DNA of 57,294 bases, filler included, from Platydemus manokwari (lineage: Eukaryota): the NCBI GenBank assembly GCA_037951405.1. It is 5 parts of 5 records of this genome, joined end to end, with 100 filler letters (N's around TTAATTAATTAA, not from the genome) between each part and the next. Parts side by side here need not be neighbours in the genome. Positions count along the whole stretch, not along the records: positions 36,662 to 47,784 come from JBBMOY010896643.1; positions 47,885 to 57,294 come from JBBMOY011253540.1; 3 more parts are not named here. The stretch is one strand, 5' to 3'. The notes beneath the pieces are model-generated. The model saw only the letters and a list, made by a program, of their open reading frames with translations, was not told the DNA's origin and ran no database searches. Position numbers and translations under genes: made by a program. This document shows, one piece after another, positions 38,380-51,485 of this stretch (position 1 is the first letter of the stretch; every line of letters starts with the position of its first letter).

Positions 38380-40470
38380 TGATTATTTGACGAATAAATT
38401 AATACAAAGAACCGAAAAACTAGAAAAATTATCTCAACATTTCCATTCACTCTACAACCAAGAAATGACTCTCATGGTGAATAAAAGTTACACTAAAGGT
38501 ACCAAATCGTTTATATATTCTGCCAGCAGTCTGGTGAATGGACTTTTTAGTAAATCAGATTCGAAATCTTCAAGTAACACTAATTGAGTGATTGGATGTT
38601 TTGATTTTTATGAAGTAAATTTCGATTGGTGCTCTGTATTATTTCTGACACATAACAAATATTGATTTTCACAATTTCAAGCGCAGAAAAAAATCGGTTT
38701 GCTTATGCAGCTTAATCATTGTATTAATCATTTTTTCAAATAATTTGTAATCATTCTTTCAATCGCCAAGATCCATTTCTATGCAGATATTTATTTCTTA
38801 ATGTTCGTTACTACTGGCTTGCAATTGATCTTTTGAATCGCAAATCAATTTTTTCTTACATAACAAAAATTATTTTTTTTATTTTAGTTGTATTATTCTG
38901 ATTGGTTGATCGATTAGGAAAAAGTTATTTTATAAAATCGATATCTATGTTGTGACAATTGAATAGGATACAAGTGAAAAAGCAAATTTTCCAACTCTAT
39001 TGTTCGGTCGGTAATAATAAAAATACTAATACTACCGAATGTGAGTGTTTCTAATGTGTAATTGTTGGGTATTGATTGTGATTGGATTGTAAGTAGCGTT
39101 TGGTTTGTGGTATAGTTTTATAAACACAGTGGACGAAAATGACTTAATCAATCCAAGTTATTAGATTATTAAATTTGTTTAGATATTAGTATTTGAACTA
39201 TAATCGATATTAATGACAGAAGTTATTCACTTTTTTATTGTGAATTGAGTTATAATACAATGAGATTTATTTATTTATTTTAACTTAATAAAATTCCGAA
39301 ATATGATGATTTTATGCATGATGACCTAGATTGAGTTTTGTGTCTTTTTTTAATGTTGATTATTTATGTGAAATTTTCTTGAGGAGAAGGAGAAAATCTT
39401 TATTTTGAAGAATTGGAATATTGAATGGAAAATTTGGTTTAGAAATAACTATAACCAGTTATCGCATTTATTTAATTTAAAATATTTAACTAAATATTTT
39501 TGGTTCCAATAAATATTAGTTTTTATTTATAAAACAAATTCAGTGGCCAACACAAATTTTAAAATTATATCTTTAAACACATAATGAAATTATAAATCAA
39601 TAAGATAATCGGTTTAATAATTTGAAATATCATCGACTAAATATTTATAGCTAATAATAGTTCTCCGCCCAGATTTTTAATTTACATGATATAATAAATA
39701 TGATAAATTTCATTCGAATTTGTGACACACATAATAACAGTTTAAATATCGAAAGAGCATATGGCTATGAAACTTCATTACTTAATTATTTTTTAATTTA
39801 CTAATTCTATTTTCGAAATCTATTTTGTTATTTTTTCTATTTCCGTAATCAGATTTGAATTTTATCAAGTGGCGTAGTTGAAACAGTAACTCCATTCTCA
39901 AAGTTTATTTGTTTTATATTCTTTTTATCCTTCTTTTAAATTACGACAGATAATATCTTAGATGTTTGCTTAAATATTCAGAATTAGTTTTTGAATTAAT
40001 AAAAGTTATTCTTAGTGATAAGGACATCGAAATAAATTCGCTCACTCGAGCAATTCGAGAAGAAAGAAAATGTATTTTCTAATTTACTCGATAAAAACAC
40101 CAACATTTTTTGATAGCTCATCTCAGGGAACAGAGGAATGATTACAAATGACCAAAGATTTTGCATTTTTCAACTAGATGGAGTTAAAATTTGCATTCGA
40201 TATGGTATCATGGAAAGATGTTTAAGAATTTGGTTTACCAAAACTTTTTAAAATGTCAAATCGATCTGGGTAAAATGAAAGAATTGTCAACATTTAGATA
40301 ACAAATTGACGAGTCCATTATTTCGAAACCACAACGATCAATGAAGATGGTTATTACTAATTTTTATAATTCTTGCAGAGGAAATCTTACACCACCTGTT
40401 GAATTTTTTGAAATCTGGAGCTACGGAAAGATGGGACATCGAACGTTTGATTGCATATACGAACAAGTAG
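38380..40470 (+). CDS. Possible exons of a coiled-coil protein gene or pseudogene
   Basis: AG/GT-bounded open segments: 38380-38476 (DYLTNKLIQRTEKLEKLSQHFHSLYNQEMTLM), ~40016-40071 (DKDIEINSLTRAIREERK) and ~40379-40467 (EILHHLLNFLKSGATERWDIERLIAYTN). They could not be joined into one stop-free CDS. Confidence 0.3.
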
Positions 40471-42289
40471 AGTTATTTATATACGTGATGAAGAATATAT
40501 CCATTATTAAAGTGAAATAGAAGATTTTATGATTTATCATCTGAAGATGAGAAAAAATTCTTATCAATCTCATGTGTCTATCTCGTGAGTAGGGTTGAGT
40601 CAATAAAATATATAAATATTTTACAAAACTGAATTGATGAAAGTGGTGGAGAACACTTGTTTATTTGTTAATAAAATTTTATAATATTAGTTCTATAAAA
40701 TTTGTTAATGAACTATTATAATGTATGAAATGCAACTAGGAGGCGCACTGGTAAGCAAGAAATTGATTGTTATCATTGTAAAAGTCAGGACAGAGTAAAA
40801 TTTTGACTTTATATTGATCACTATAAAGTCAAATTAATTGATCTAACAAAGACCAATGTGGTCTGGATTTTTCTGATTTAAATCAATAAAATCCAGACCT
40901 ATACTAACTATTTGTATTGCTAAGGCAAATAAACGAAGTAAATAAATTAATAATGCATAAAAGGAACAAAGTACACAAGCAGATAAACAAGCAGTACACA
41001 AAATAGATAAAATACAATAGCATAGATATATAATTGATTGGAAAAATATTTTTTTCAGATTAAATTATCTTGTTACCAATTTAATTAATATGAAATTATT
41101 GTTAATAAATTATAATAAAATATTGTGAATATCTTATAGCTACTAAATCAGATCTAAAATCTTATTGTTGCTAAATTAGCGAAAGTTGTTTTATTGATCA
41201 AGTTGATTGCGGATTAAATTATTGTAATGTTCTATTTAATTGCCATAAACTAGCATTACAAATTGTTTCAACATTTAATTATTTTATTTGTGGTTTTTCA
41301 ACTCAAAATTTAATCAATTAATATTTTTAACGACATCGGAGCTTCTCTATCACTCAGTAAACTAGTCATTAGGAATTTGACAGACCCCAATATGTTTTTT
41401 CCAAGTAGATCTAGATTCTGGGGAACCATCATAATAAATTGCAGTTTATCACTGCAATGGCACATTATATTAATGATATTCATTAATAAGTAATGGAACA
41501 ATAAGGAACACTAGAGATTATTCAACGAAAAATGCACCAATAGCACAATTTAAATAGTTATAAAGACAACAAAAAGGTTACAGTATCGATGAAAAGATAA
41601 ATCCGTTGATTCGTTTATCCTATTCAGACCCGTGAATTTCGAAGAGCATTGACAGTACATTTCCTAACCTGATTATTAGAATCTAGCGATTAACCAGTTT
41701 TGTAGTGAATAACCTGAGTCAGCGAGTTCAACAAGAATAAAATGAATTTTAAACATCAAGCAAAAAATCAAATTAAAGAGTAATTTTAACTAAATCACTA
41801 TAATAAAATGTAAACAAAAGCATTATAAAATATTTTCTCTTTCAAAGGAAAAAAATAATAAAAAAAAATTTCAAAATTTAGTAATTAAACTCAAATTTAT
41901 TTAGAAAGTTTCAGAAAATGCGAAAGTTGTTCTGTTTATGGTAACTACGTAAATACCAAAAATAGACTGCCTTAATTTAGCGAAAATCGACAGCTAAAAT
42001 TGTGGATTGTTACTAAATTTATGCATGGCTTGTGAAACTTGCCATATACAGAGAGTGACATTATTAGGCACACAGATTAGAATAAACACTAGTGGAGACA
42101 CTTAACACAAAATTTCAAACAGACAATTGCACTGGCATTCTCTTTACATTTTTATTGTGAATTTATTGAATATTATAAAAAATTACAAAAAATAACGTTC
42201 ATTGGTGAGAAGCATTATTACCACACATTCGATTCAGTTTAAGTCTTTATATGAGGAACGACTTCGACGAGTTAACGCAAAACCTAGGT

Positions 42290-42600
42290 TAGTTGAAATT
42301 GGAAATGGGAGCAGTGAAAAAATTTAATTGAAAAGAGCAAACCAGGTGGATAATGAAAACAAAAAGAAATCAATTTGTGCTATCTGTAAGAGAAGGGGAC
42401 ACCTAACCAATGAATGTCAAGTCACCAGACAAGGACCTGTTGAAAATAAAATCACGACGATGTGGATAAATAGGATAGATTGCAAGGCCGCGTGTGATAA
42501 ACCGATCCACATCAGTCATGTCTGCTTAGATAAAAAAGGACCAAATGATACAAAGTGAAATTAAACAGAAAATTTAGATTATCGTAAAGTAAATGAGAAA
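42290..42600 (+). mobile_element. Gypsy gag zinc knuckle and protease start, relic
   Basis: CAICKRRGHLTNEC (CX2CX4HX4C), followed by MWINRIDCKAACD, resembling the approach to a protease DTG motif. Confidence 0.65.
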
Positions 42601-44099
42601 ACACGATTGGATAATTAACCTCTGTCATTAATAGATGAAATGATCAACAGAGTTTGTGGGATCCATTTATTCTCTATTTTCGATATACATGTTGCGGAAT
42701 CAGTACAACTGAAAATGATTTTCGTGGCAATATTGAAACATTTGATTCCATTTGAACAAAATCGAAACATATTTTGTAAAAATTTTATTATATGACGTAA
42801 CAATTATGCAGTAATTTATGTGAATGTTATGTGAAACAATTTTATGTTTTATTGGTGAATGAGTATAATTGTATCAATTAATTTTTACCATTTTTAGAGA
42901 ATTTCAGGACAGATAATTAATATAATAGTGATTATTGATTATGAACACGGTTTATAAAAAATGTAAGGAAAAATATTTATAACAAATATTCATAATAAGT
43001 TAATCAACTAAGAATTTAATAATATCGAATATGATATTAAATTTTGTTTTAATGAAGGTTAATAGATGATAGTTTTAGATGCTAATTTGAAGGTAGAAAT
43101 CTAATCAATAGAATTTTAAATGAAATCCCAATGGAATAAACCATAATGCGGGACGATTAAAATTCGCTTTCCAAAACGTATAAATAGAGATCCAAACATT
43201 AGAACCTGCCCCTAAATAAAATCAGGAAGCCACTAGTTATTCGTGTTACCAACAGACGTATTGCCATCGAAGAAGCCGTTGTTTTATGCTTTTGATTTTG
43301 TGAGTTTGATTTTTATTTAAACAACCGATCCGTATTATAGTCACCTTATAATTCATAATATCGAATTTATACTCGACGTCCTTAAAAAGTAAAGGTTTTT
43401 CTTCAAGAGAAGGAGTTTATAACCATATTCTTGTCCAGAAATTCGATAATGTTCATTTCGTATAATTATTAGTTGTATTTCGTATCAACAAAATCATTGT
43501 CATTTTTATATTCGGTGTTATTGTAATAATTGTTATATTGATAAATATTTGTACATCAAATTTGTCTGCTCATAGTGCCGAAGTAAAGTAATTCATAGGG
43601 ATAAAGGATAATTGAGACTCATAGCTTTAAAATCATCAAGATCATTGTTGCCACACATTTTATCTCCATCTAATATTGTGTGCGAGGTGAAAAAAACAAA
43701 CAAAAGGTTTAATAATTGGTACTTTGGGTTTGATTAAGACTCATAGAGACTGATCAAGACAACAATAATCTTAAAGAAAAAAGAGACTGATAATATAAGA
43801 ATTTAATAACAAGCCCCAAACCCAATATACAAGCCTAGTACAAAAATACATTAATGCACGAAGATTCAATACCCATCACGACATTCACAAATGGAAATGA
43901 TACAAGAACGAGCACAGAAGGTATGAATGGTGATATTACGAGTGTCAATTGCAAAAATTCTTCATTTTTCATGTTTAACTCAAAAGATATAATTTCACCG
44001 CACAAGTACTATATTTTTATAATACATCAATTTTAAACAAATATTCGATTATTTTCAACATTCTTTTTAGAGATTACAGTAATGTTTTGAGCAAGACCA

Positions 44100-45523
44100 C
44101 TTTATAAATACAAATAATAAATATGTTTTTATGTAATCATTTAAAAATATTTTTTTAAGTATAAATCATAATTTTATTTGAATTATAAACCCCGCATCCC
44201 CCTTTTTTAAAAATCTTTGATTTTCTCAATATTTCTTGTTATTACTGCTCCCTTTCCACTTTGTAATCGCTAGCTTCTCTCATGGTTCCTCCCAATCACT
44301 TCATATGGCCCTTCATATCTTCCCTGATCCTTATTCCTCATCTCTTTCTTTATTAGTACCTTATCTCCTTTGAATTTACGTTTAGTTGTTGCCTTTCCAA
44401 CGTTATTTTATTTTATTTTCATATTCTTCTCTAAATCGTCTCTGTCTATTCTACTATTCACTTGCCACTGTAATCTGTCTATCTTTTTTCCCGAATATGA
44501 TTTCTGCTTGACTAACCTTAATGGTTTTTGTATTGTCACATTCGTGTTTTGTCTTTCCTTTATCGTCGCGTTTATGTAATCCCTAATCGTTCGAAATTGT
44601 CATCCAATGATTTCATTAGTGCTGTGATGATAAGGGCTTGAGAATATCAACTACGTTCCTATTATGAAAGCCCTATTTTTTATTCTCTGTGATTCGAAAC
44701 ATTTTTCACAATCTTCATGTATTTTCTTCGTTGCTCCGTACTTTAATACCCATTGATTCTGAATCACTCTTTCTATTGTTTCCTCGTTTTGTTCATGTAT
44801 GGGTGCTAGTATTATGTATCTACTGAACTGGTCAATTATCCCAAGCATATATTTTTCTCCTCTATTTGTTTCTTTCAACGGCCCGCAAATGTTGCTATAC
44901 ATATTTTCTCGAATGGCTATCTCCGTTGCATTGACTTTGATTTTTCCTTCGTTTTTAGTTTTTTGGCATGCTTCACACAGACTTATAACGTCTTTGATTT
45001 TCTTTCCCATGCCTTTTATATAGAAATTTTTTTTATAAATTGTGTGACCTTTTCCCTTCCTACTTGACACAACAATTTGTGCGATTGTTTTTCATCTTTT
45101 CTCTGCTGGTGTCCAATTTCTTTAGTTTTTATCATGTCTCTGTCCAGCATGAAATTACTACTTCGCGTATGACATATTCCTCTTTTTATCATTTCTATCT
45201 CATCGTTGTTGATCTTCCATTCTTTTCCTTTGTTCTCTGTCATTATTGCTAATATTCTGGTCTTCATTTTTCCTGTACTCTGGTTCTCATGTTTCGTTAG
45301 ACGTTGGGAACATGTCGTACAGGTATTCCTTGAGAGCATATCTGCATTTCTATGATTAGCATCTTTTCTGAAGATCGTGTTTATGTCCAGGCTACTTAGA
45401 TAATTTAGCCATGTTTGGAATTGTGGAGCTTTGTCTTTAGCATGAATGTGTGTGAATCTTTTCCTGTGAAAATAGTCATTGAAATGCTGACAGAAGTAAT
45501 ATATCACTAGTAATTCCTTCCTG
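44100..45523 (-). mobile_element. Ty3/Gypsy pol 3' half (RNase H, integrase, GPY/F), PPT and start of the 3' LTR; frameshifted
   Basis: RKELLVIYYFCQHF; NADMLSR; zinc finger HKLLC...CEACQKTK; ICGPLKET...YMLGIIDQFSRY; SSPYHHSTN; EGPYEVIG (~44293-44316); PPT AAAAAAGGGGGA (44208-44197) followed by TG at 44196-44195. Confidence 0.92.
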
Positions 45524-46229
45524 ACGAGTTCACTAAAATTGGAAGTATTTATTACAATCTATTATAATAATTGTTATCAATGAACCATAACACTGGATCT
45601 TTCACAAAACGAACACGGGTAACTATTAAAATGATCAACTTACTATTAATTGATATTATTGCTCATATAATGACGTCATTAGTTATAACTTCGACTCGAT
45701 ATCGACTATTACAGCCTGTTTTATTGAAAAAAGTAAGGAAAGTTAAAGGTAGAAATCACATATTTAAGTAACCTCCAACTGTGTATGAGAAAGTTGAACC
45801 AGTACAATAAAGGAAACCACGAGTCAAGACCACCTAGTCAATTTATCAATTACCTCAAATTCAAGATTACTAGAATCGATTACGGATTCTGACTACCACT
45901 TTCATTATAAACACTGAAACCAAGGAAATGAAAGATCAAGTAAGAGTAAAGTTAATAGTCATTCACATCTATCTCATCTATTTCCACCACTTTTGTCTTG
46001 TTAATATTTTGCAAAAATTAATGACAGAAACGACTTGCAGGTAACAGTCCACCACCATGCATACCTTAAATGATTATTTATATTTATATTGTGGTAAACT
46101 TATTAATACTTTTTTACATATCATTATGCTGTTACAGCACTATATACATCTGTGCCCCCCAATTATAATTAATTTTTATTTTTTAAATAACCAAATATCC
46201 AATGTTCAGAATTATCTCAAATCCGAGAA

Positions 46230-46302
46230 TATTCTACCTCAGATTCGAACCTACCCTTAATGACCAATGCAGACACAGGCGACACTTATAAAACCAAACC
46301 AT
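46230..46302 (-). repeat. Possible tRNA-derived SINE head or tRNA pseudogene
   Basis: The minus strand has a B-box GGTTCGAATC (~46243-46252), with a weak A-box-like TGGTTTGG ~45 nt upstream. No cloverleaf can be drawn. Confidence 0.25.
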
Positions 46303-46529
46303 ATTTCGAAATAATTTGAAATTAAGAAATTCTACTCTAAGAGACTAAAACGATTGTCTATACCAGAAAGGCAAAAATGCACCGAGCACAATATCTTTTG
46401 GGCCTAAACAAGCAAATTTGAAGGAAGAAATTTATGTATGCACTATAAATTAGAGCCCGTTCATCTGGAGTCATGCACAATCATTGAAGCAAGCCCATGG
46501 AACTATAGCATTGAGCATGAACAAATTGA

Positions 46530-47100
46530 ATGTCCTCAAACACCCACTGTATTAATCATGGAGTTGAGATTCAATGACGTAATGAGAATTATTCGTACGC
46601 CAGTTACCTTGTAACACTATAATGTGACTGTAAATAATAGAAAAAGAAAACATAAGACAGGAAACCCTCTTTTTCTTTACAAAACCCGTAGACCTCAAGG
46701 AGCCTCACCAGCAGCGTAATCACGTCATCTATAGCAGTTATTACTATAATTGACTATCAAGGCAAGATTTATTTAAATTCGCGAGTCACGCACCGACAGT
46801 ATATTCAATATTATCGAAATGACAGCAAAGATCAACTTAAGAAGGTTGACTTGCTTAACCAATTGGACGAAATATATTTCATCAAGCAAATCTATAGAAT
46901 AGTATACCAACACATACTAGTAGGATACAAAATAGCAGACGCCTTGACAGTGCCACAAAATCTTACTTTTATTATTACTTCATTTCATTAAATTAGAACT
47001 GAATATAAACAACCTTCGTAGCATCGACGGATCTACCACTATATGAGTACGACTCAAATAAACTATCGCAAATATGTGTGGCTTAAAACCTTCACTCAGA
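46530..47100 (+). pseudogene. Decayed intronless DEDDh (REX4/ISG20-like) 3'-5' exonuclease
   Basis: AVITIIDYQGKIYLNSRV (46734-46787; cf. ARVSIVDYxGxVLYDxYV) and HILVGYKIADALTV (46911-46952; cf. KILVGHxLxNDLKVL) occur at plausible spacing. Frameshifts and stops are present. Confidence 0.55.
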
Positions 47101-47784
47101 ATAATCTAACTAAAACCATACACTTCAATGAATATCATTTTGGAATAATTAATCTCTCTGTTCGAATAGTGTGGCTTCTTTGCAAAGAGTTTGAAATAAA
47201 CCTTAGTTGCCTTTATTTATAGTGTCAAACTCCTTATTAGTCTTTCCAAAATTATGGAAAATGACTGAATTTACAATTACTTATGTAGCCCCGATTATAT
47301 TTTTTATGTTTTCATTAGATTCCTTCATTTAATGTTCAAATTATTTAATTAACTTGTTTTCGTTATTAATTGCATAATTTAAAGTTTTAACATAAATAAT
47401 TGGCAATATTATATAATTTTCCGAATTTAAAATTTGCATTTTTAACGTTTTTATTCTGCTTACTTTAAAACGCTTAGTTAAAAATATTCTATTTTTTGAT
47501 TTGCTATTTCATTTACAAATATTTATTGATAAAACACAGTTTTTAATAATACAAGTCAGACAGTGTCTGACACCATCACCACATAGTGGCAAAGCAAAAT
47601 ATCACAGGATTCTCTTCGTCTCACACACGTTTATTCTCGTCTATCCAAGTTTGCAGGACACTTCATCATCCTCAGAACCCGCATATTCGTCGTCCGAGAT
47701 GTCATTTGATCTGGTTCTTGTCCTCGATAGTAATATAGCTTTCCCTTGGTGGAATTGCCATTGCTGATATGCGGATTTGATGTT

Positions 47785-47884
47785 NNNNNNNNNNNNNNNN
47801 NNNNNNNNNNNNNNNNNNNNNNNNNNNNTTAATTAATTAANNNNNNNNNNNNNNNNNNNNNNNNNNNNNNNNNNNNNNNNNNNN
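47785..47884. other. Artificial contig spacer
   Basis: 44 N + TTAATTAATTAA + 44 N. Confidence 0.98.
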
Positions 47885-49705
47885 ACATTGAATGAAGCAA
47901 ATGGCTGGACAAAGGCATAACGATTTCAAAGGTTGTCAATGTATTTAAAATCATACGCGTTGCAAACATTTCAAGGATTGGATTTTAGTGAGATTAAAAG
48001 TTATGAGAATTTATTTCAAGAATTAGAAAACAAATTAGTTATGCAGGATGGTGTACATGTATTTTATGTAAAGCAATTTAATGATAGATATAAAATGTCT
48101 GGAGACAGTGTTAAAGAATATTCAGTGGTATTAACAGAATTGGTAATTAATGCTTATGGCAAATATGTATCTGCAGAGGGCTGAGAGCAAATGGTTATAG
48201 ATCAATTTAAAAGGGAAATTATACCCATATGAAGACGTCCGAGATCATTACCAGAAAATAAAAATTTTGATGGATTAGTGCAAAAAAGCAGGAGAGTCGA
48301 AATGATTTATGGATCAAATAATTTGTCAATTCATAATATAGGTTATGAGATACCAGGAAATTATCCATTAATTAGTGGGGTAACATTTAAGGAAGATACA
48401 AATGGGACATCGACTACCAGTAAAAATAATATAGTAACTAAAGATGATGAGAAAAGTCCAGATATGAATGTGACATGGGAACAATTAAATAAAGTATTAA
48501 CACAATTTCAAATTAAAGATGACAATGTTAAGCAAAGCAAAACATATGATAATGGGAATTACTTTGATAGGAATAGGAGTTATGATAATTACAATTATGG
48601 TCCACGAGGATTTGGTAGAGACAATAGAAATAATTTCAATACTACAGAAAATTTCAATATTTGAGGATTTTATAATATAAATAATGGTAGAGGATTTAAT
48701 AGTAGATTCAATCAAAATAGGGGATATGATAATATAATAATTACATAATAAAGAAAATATTAGAAGTAAAAGTCCATAAGACAGAAAAAAGAATAGTAGG
48801 GGATTTCGTGGAAAAAGCAGAAAGAGAACAACAAAAAGAATTAAATAAATTAGTAAAAGAAAAAGAAGAGTTACAAAAGAAATTAGAGGATTTAAGATAT
48901 AAATCGGAAGATTACAATGGGGAATCACGATAGAGAGAAGAAGATGACAATAGAGAATTAAGATATATAGAAATAGACCATGATTCTAGTAGAGAAATGG
49001 ATAATGATAAAATAAGGAGAACGGAGTAGAGAGATATTAGAAATGATGATCAATAATATAAAAGAAGAAATAAGAATAATAGAAATGATGATAGGGATAA
49101 TAGAAATAATGACCAATATAACAGAAGAGAAAATAAAGAGAAATAATGAGGATGAAGTAGAAAATATTAGACAGGTATTAAGAAGAAATTCATATGTTAA
49201 TCCAAGTGAAGAATAAGAAAATATGTTAATACAAGAATGCAGCTGTGGATTATACTCATGCAGTGAAATAATTGGACCATGTTTAATGGAAACAAAAATG
49301 GGGGGGGTGGGAAAGGAAAATTTTTGTACAAAGAAGGAGGGGAATAATATTAGTTGTTTTTAAATCAAAATCTGTTTTTAATGGTAATCCGCCCAAAAAT
49401 GTTCTAAAATAACTTGAGATAATTAATAATCTCTCTCTCTCTCTCTATATATATATATGATATAGTTTTGGGGAATTTTATAATAGTGAGAAGAATAATA
49501 TTGGGGTCGGTTGTAATTTTGCTTATGAATTTAAATTTCCTCGAGGGCCTGTGGACAATACACTGAGATTTAGTTTTATGTTTCTTGTTCAATATGTTAG
49601 TGGAAAAGGAAGTTGTATTGGAATAAAAAATAGGACAATTTTTCTGGATAATAATCATGGAACAGAATTTATATGTATTGATAGTTGTTTTTATCCTTAC
49701 CTACG
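47885..49705 (+). mobile_element. Gypsy-type gag with a long R/N/D/G-rich tail, then PPT and putative 3' LTR; no pol
   Basis: EANGWTKA*RFQRLSMYLKSYALQTF...GDSVKEYSVVLTELVINAY is homologous to the gag at 35887-36339. Low-complexity tail at 48560-49200; purine tract aagaaggaggggaa at ~49331-49344; LTR-like segment with (CT)n(AT)n and AATAAA to ~49705. Confidence 0.75.
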
Positions 49706-49721
49706 AAAGAAATGAAATTCA

Positions 49722-49997
49722 ATGACTACAAAGCCCAGATTATTAATTTTTGAGTTTTATAAAAAAAATTATGAAAAAAGTTTAACAAATCCAAAATATT
49801 GTATTTATTTAAATGTTAAATTGCTTAAAGAATTACGTAAACCATATGAAATTAATTTATTTATTGGTAATATATTTCCCGATAGACCATCAAAGAGTAA
49901 TCTCTTAGAAATTATAAGGATTGAAGGCACTATGAAATCAAAGAATTATTTGGAGAACATTATCCTGATTTGTTGTATTATTGAAAAATTCTATTGA
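49722..49997 (+). pseudogene. Repeated ORF of unknown function (second copy of 33840-34075)
   Basis: Shares the KPRLLI and D...K.NL.E motifs with the 33.9-kb copy. Confidence 0.45.
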
Positions 49998-51140
49998 ACA
50001 ATAAATTAAATTCTATTGAAAAAAAAATTCTATCAAAAATTCTATTAACAAAAATTATGAAATAATAAAATTTCATTTATAATTTCAGAAAATGGAAAAA
50101 ACTTCGTTCACTAAAAGTTTGGAGGATCAAAAACTTTATTAATCTCTTGTAAATTTTGAAGGAAAGAGAAGGAGATGGAGAAGAAACATCGTTCACTATG
50201 TTCTAATGAATTTCATCCAAGTTCATTAGGCGATCCAAGTGCTCCTATGTATGAAAATTATGGAATAAGTCATGAAAATGCTTTATGAAAAGTAAATATT
50301 AATAAACTTAGAATTGAGAACTTCTTAAATGAAAAAAAGAGTTTTAGAAGAATTATGAAGTCATTATAATAAGTTAAAAAATAAATAGACTAAAGTTGAT
50401 AGTAGCATGAAGTATTTTATTTTAACATCTGGTAGAGCTTTAACTATAAGTATTTTACCAGTTCTTTCGGGTTTTAGAATTTTACCATCAATTGCTTTAT
50501 ATTGTTGAGCTGGAGCAATTTTGGTAAACATTGGCGTGCTAAAGAAAATTCCAAAACCTGGCCACTGACTCCGCAATTGGCAACATTGAACGATCAGCAA
50601 AAATCTGGCATTTTCTCTTGACCGGTGTTTCGAGAGACTACATTTACAATTATATGATATCCCATTTATGCATGAAAAAAAATATTTTAGAAGAATTATT
50701 AAATAATTTTAAGAATTAAAAATAAATGGATTCAAGTGAAGAAACTTTAAAGATTAACAAATCTAATTTAAAATTACAAAATAAAATACAAAAAGAAGCG
50801 AAAAAGGTACCTTCTATTTTTGGAGTCAAATATATTTTCATTGTTAAAGGAGAACTAAACAAATACATTATGTTTTTAAGTGGAGTCAATCATAGTTTAT
50901 TGACTTATCTTTTCAAACGTTTACGTTGTTATAGCGATTCCTCTTTATTTTTATGTCAGATATATCAGAACGAAACGATAACAAATTGTGGGAAGTTTGG
51001 ACACTTAAAATCCTAAATTGAATCGATTATTGCTTTGTTTTCATCATCGCCAAATGTATACACCTATGAAATAATCTGACGCATTTACCAAATTCAAAGA
51101 GAACCCGATTATATGATGCCTATAAAACCAAAGGTGATTC

Positions 51141-51485
51141 AAGTATGAGAATTTATTTCAAATTTCTCTAGTAATCTCTTTTTATTTCCCTTTGAAAAGT
51201 TTCGGCATCTTTTAAGATGAAAAATATTGATTGGCAATTTTTACCATTCTGAGGTTTCAATTTTAAATTTTCATTTCCGTTTGGCTTATTAGTTATGGAT
51301 TTTAATTTCCAGTAACTCATTTGCCAAATCAAGATGCAATTAAAGTATGAGTATATATTTAAAATTTTTCTAATAATCTCTTTCTTATTTCAGTGCATCT
51401 CTTGATCTGAAAAAATATTGCTTGTTGATTTATACCATTTTGAGGTTTCACTTTTAAATTTGTATATTTAGTTTGACTTATTGTA
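51141..51485. repeat. Diverged tandem duplication with ~200-bp period
   Basis: aagtatgag...taatctcttt...aaaaatattg...taccatt(c/t)tgaggtttca.ttttaaattt...cttatt occurs at ~51141-51290 and ~51343-51482. Confidence 0.8.

Noticed and set aside
40076-40378. Idea of ~22-nt introns or TGA read-through to join coiled-coil exons
   Set aside because: It needs non-canonical donors. Well-supported introns in this window are 40 nt or longer and TGA is a normal stop in MUS81, so a pseudogene or noise is more likely.
48497-48928. Hydrophobic 143-aa 'membrane protein' ORF
   Set aside because: It is the antisense shadow of the purine-rich gag tail.
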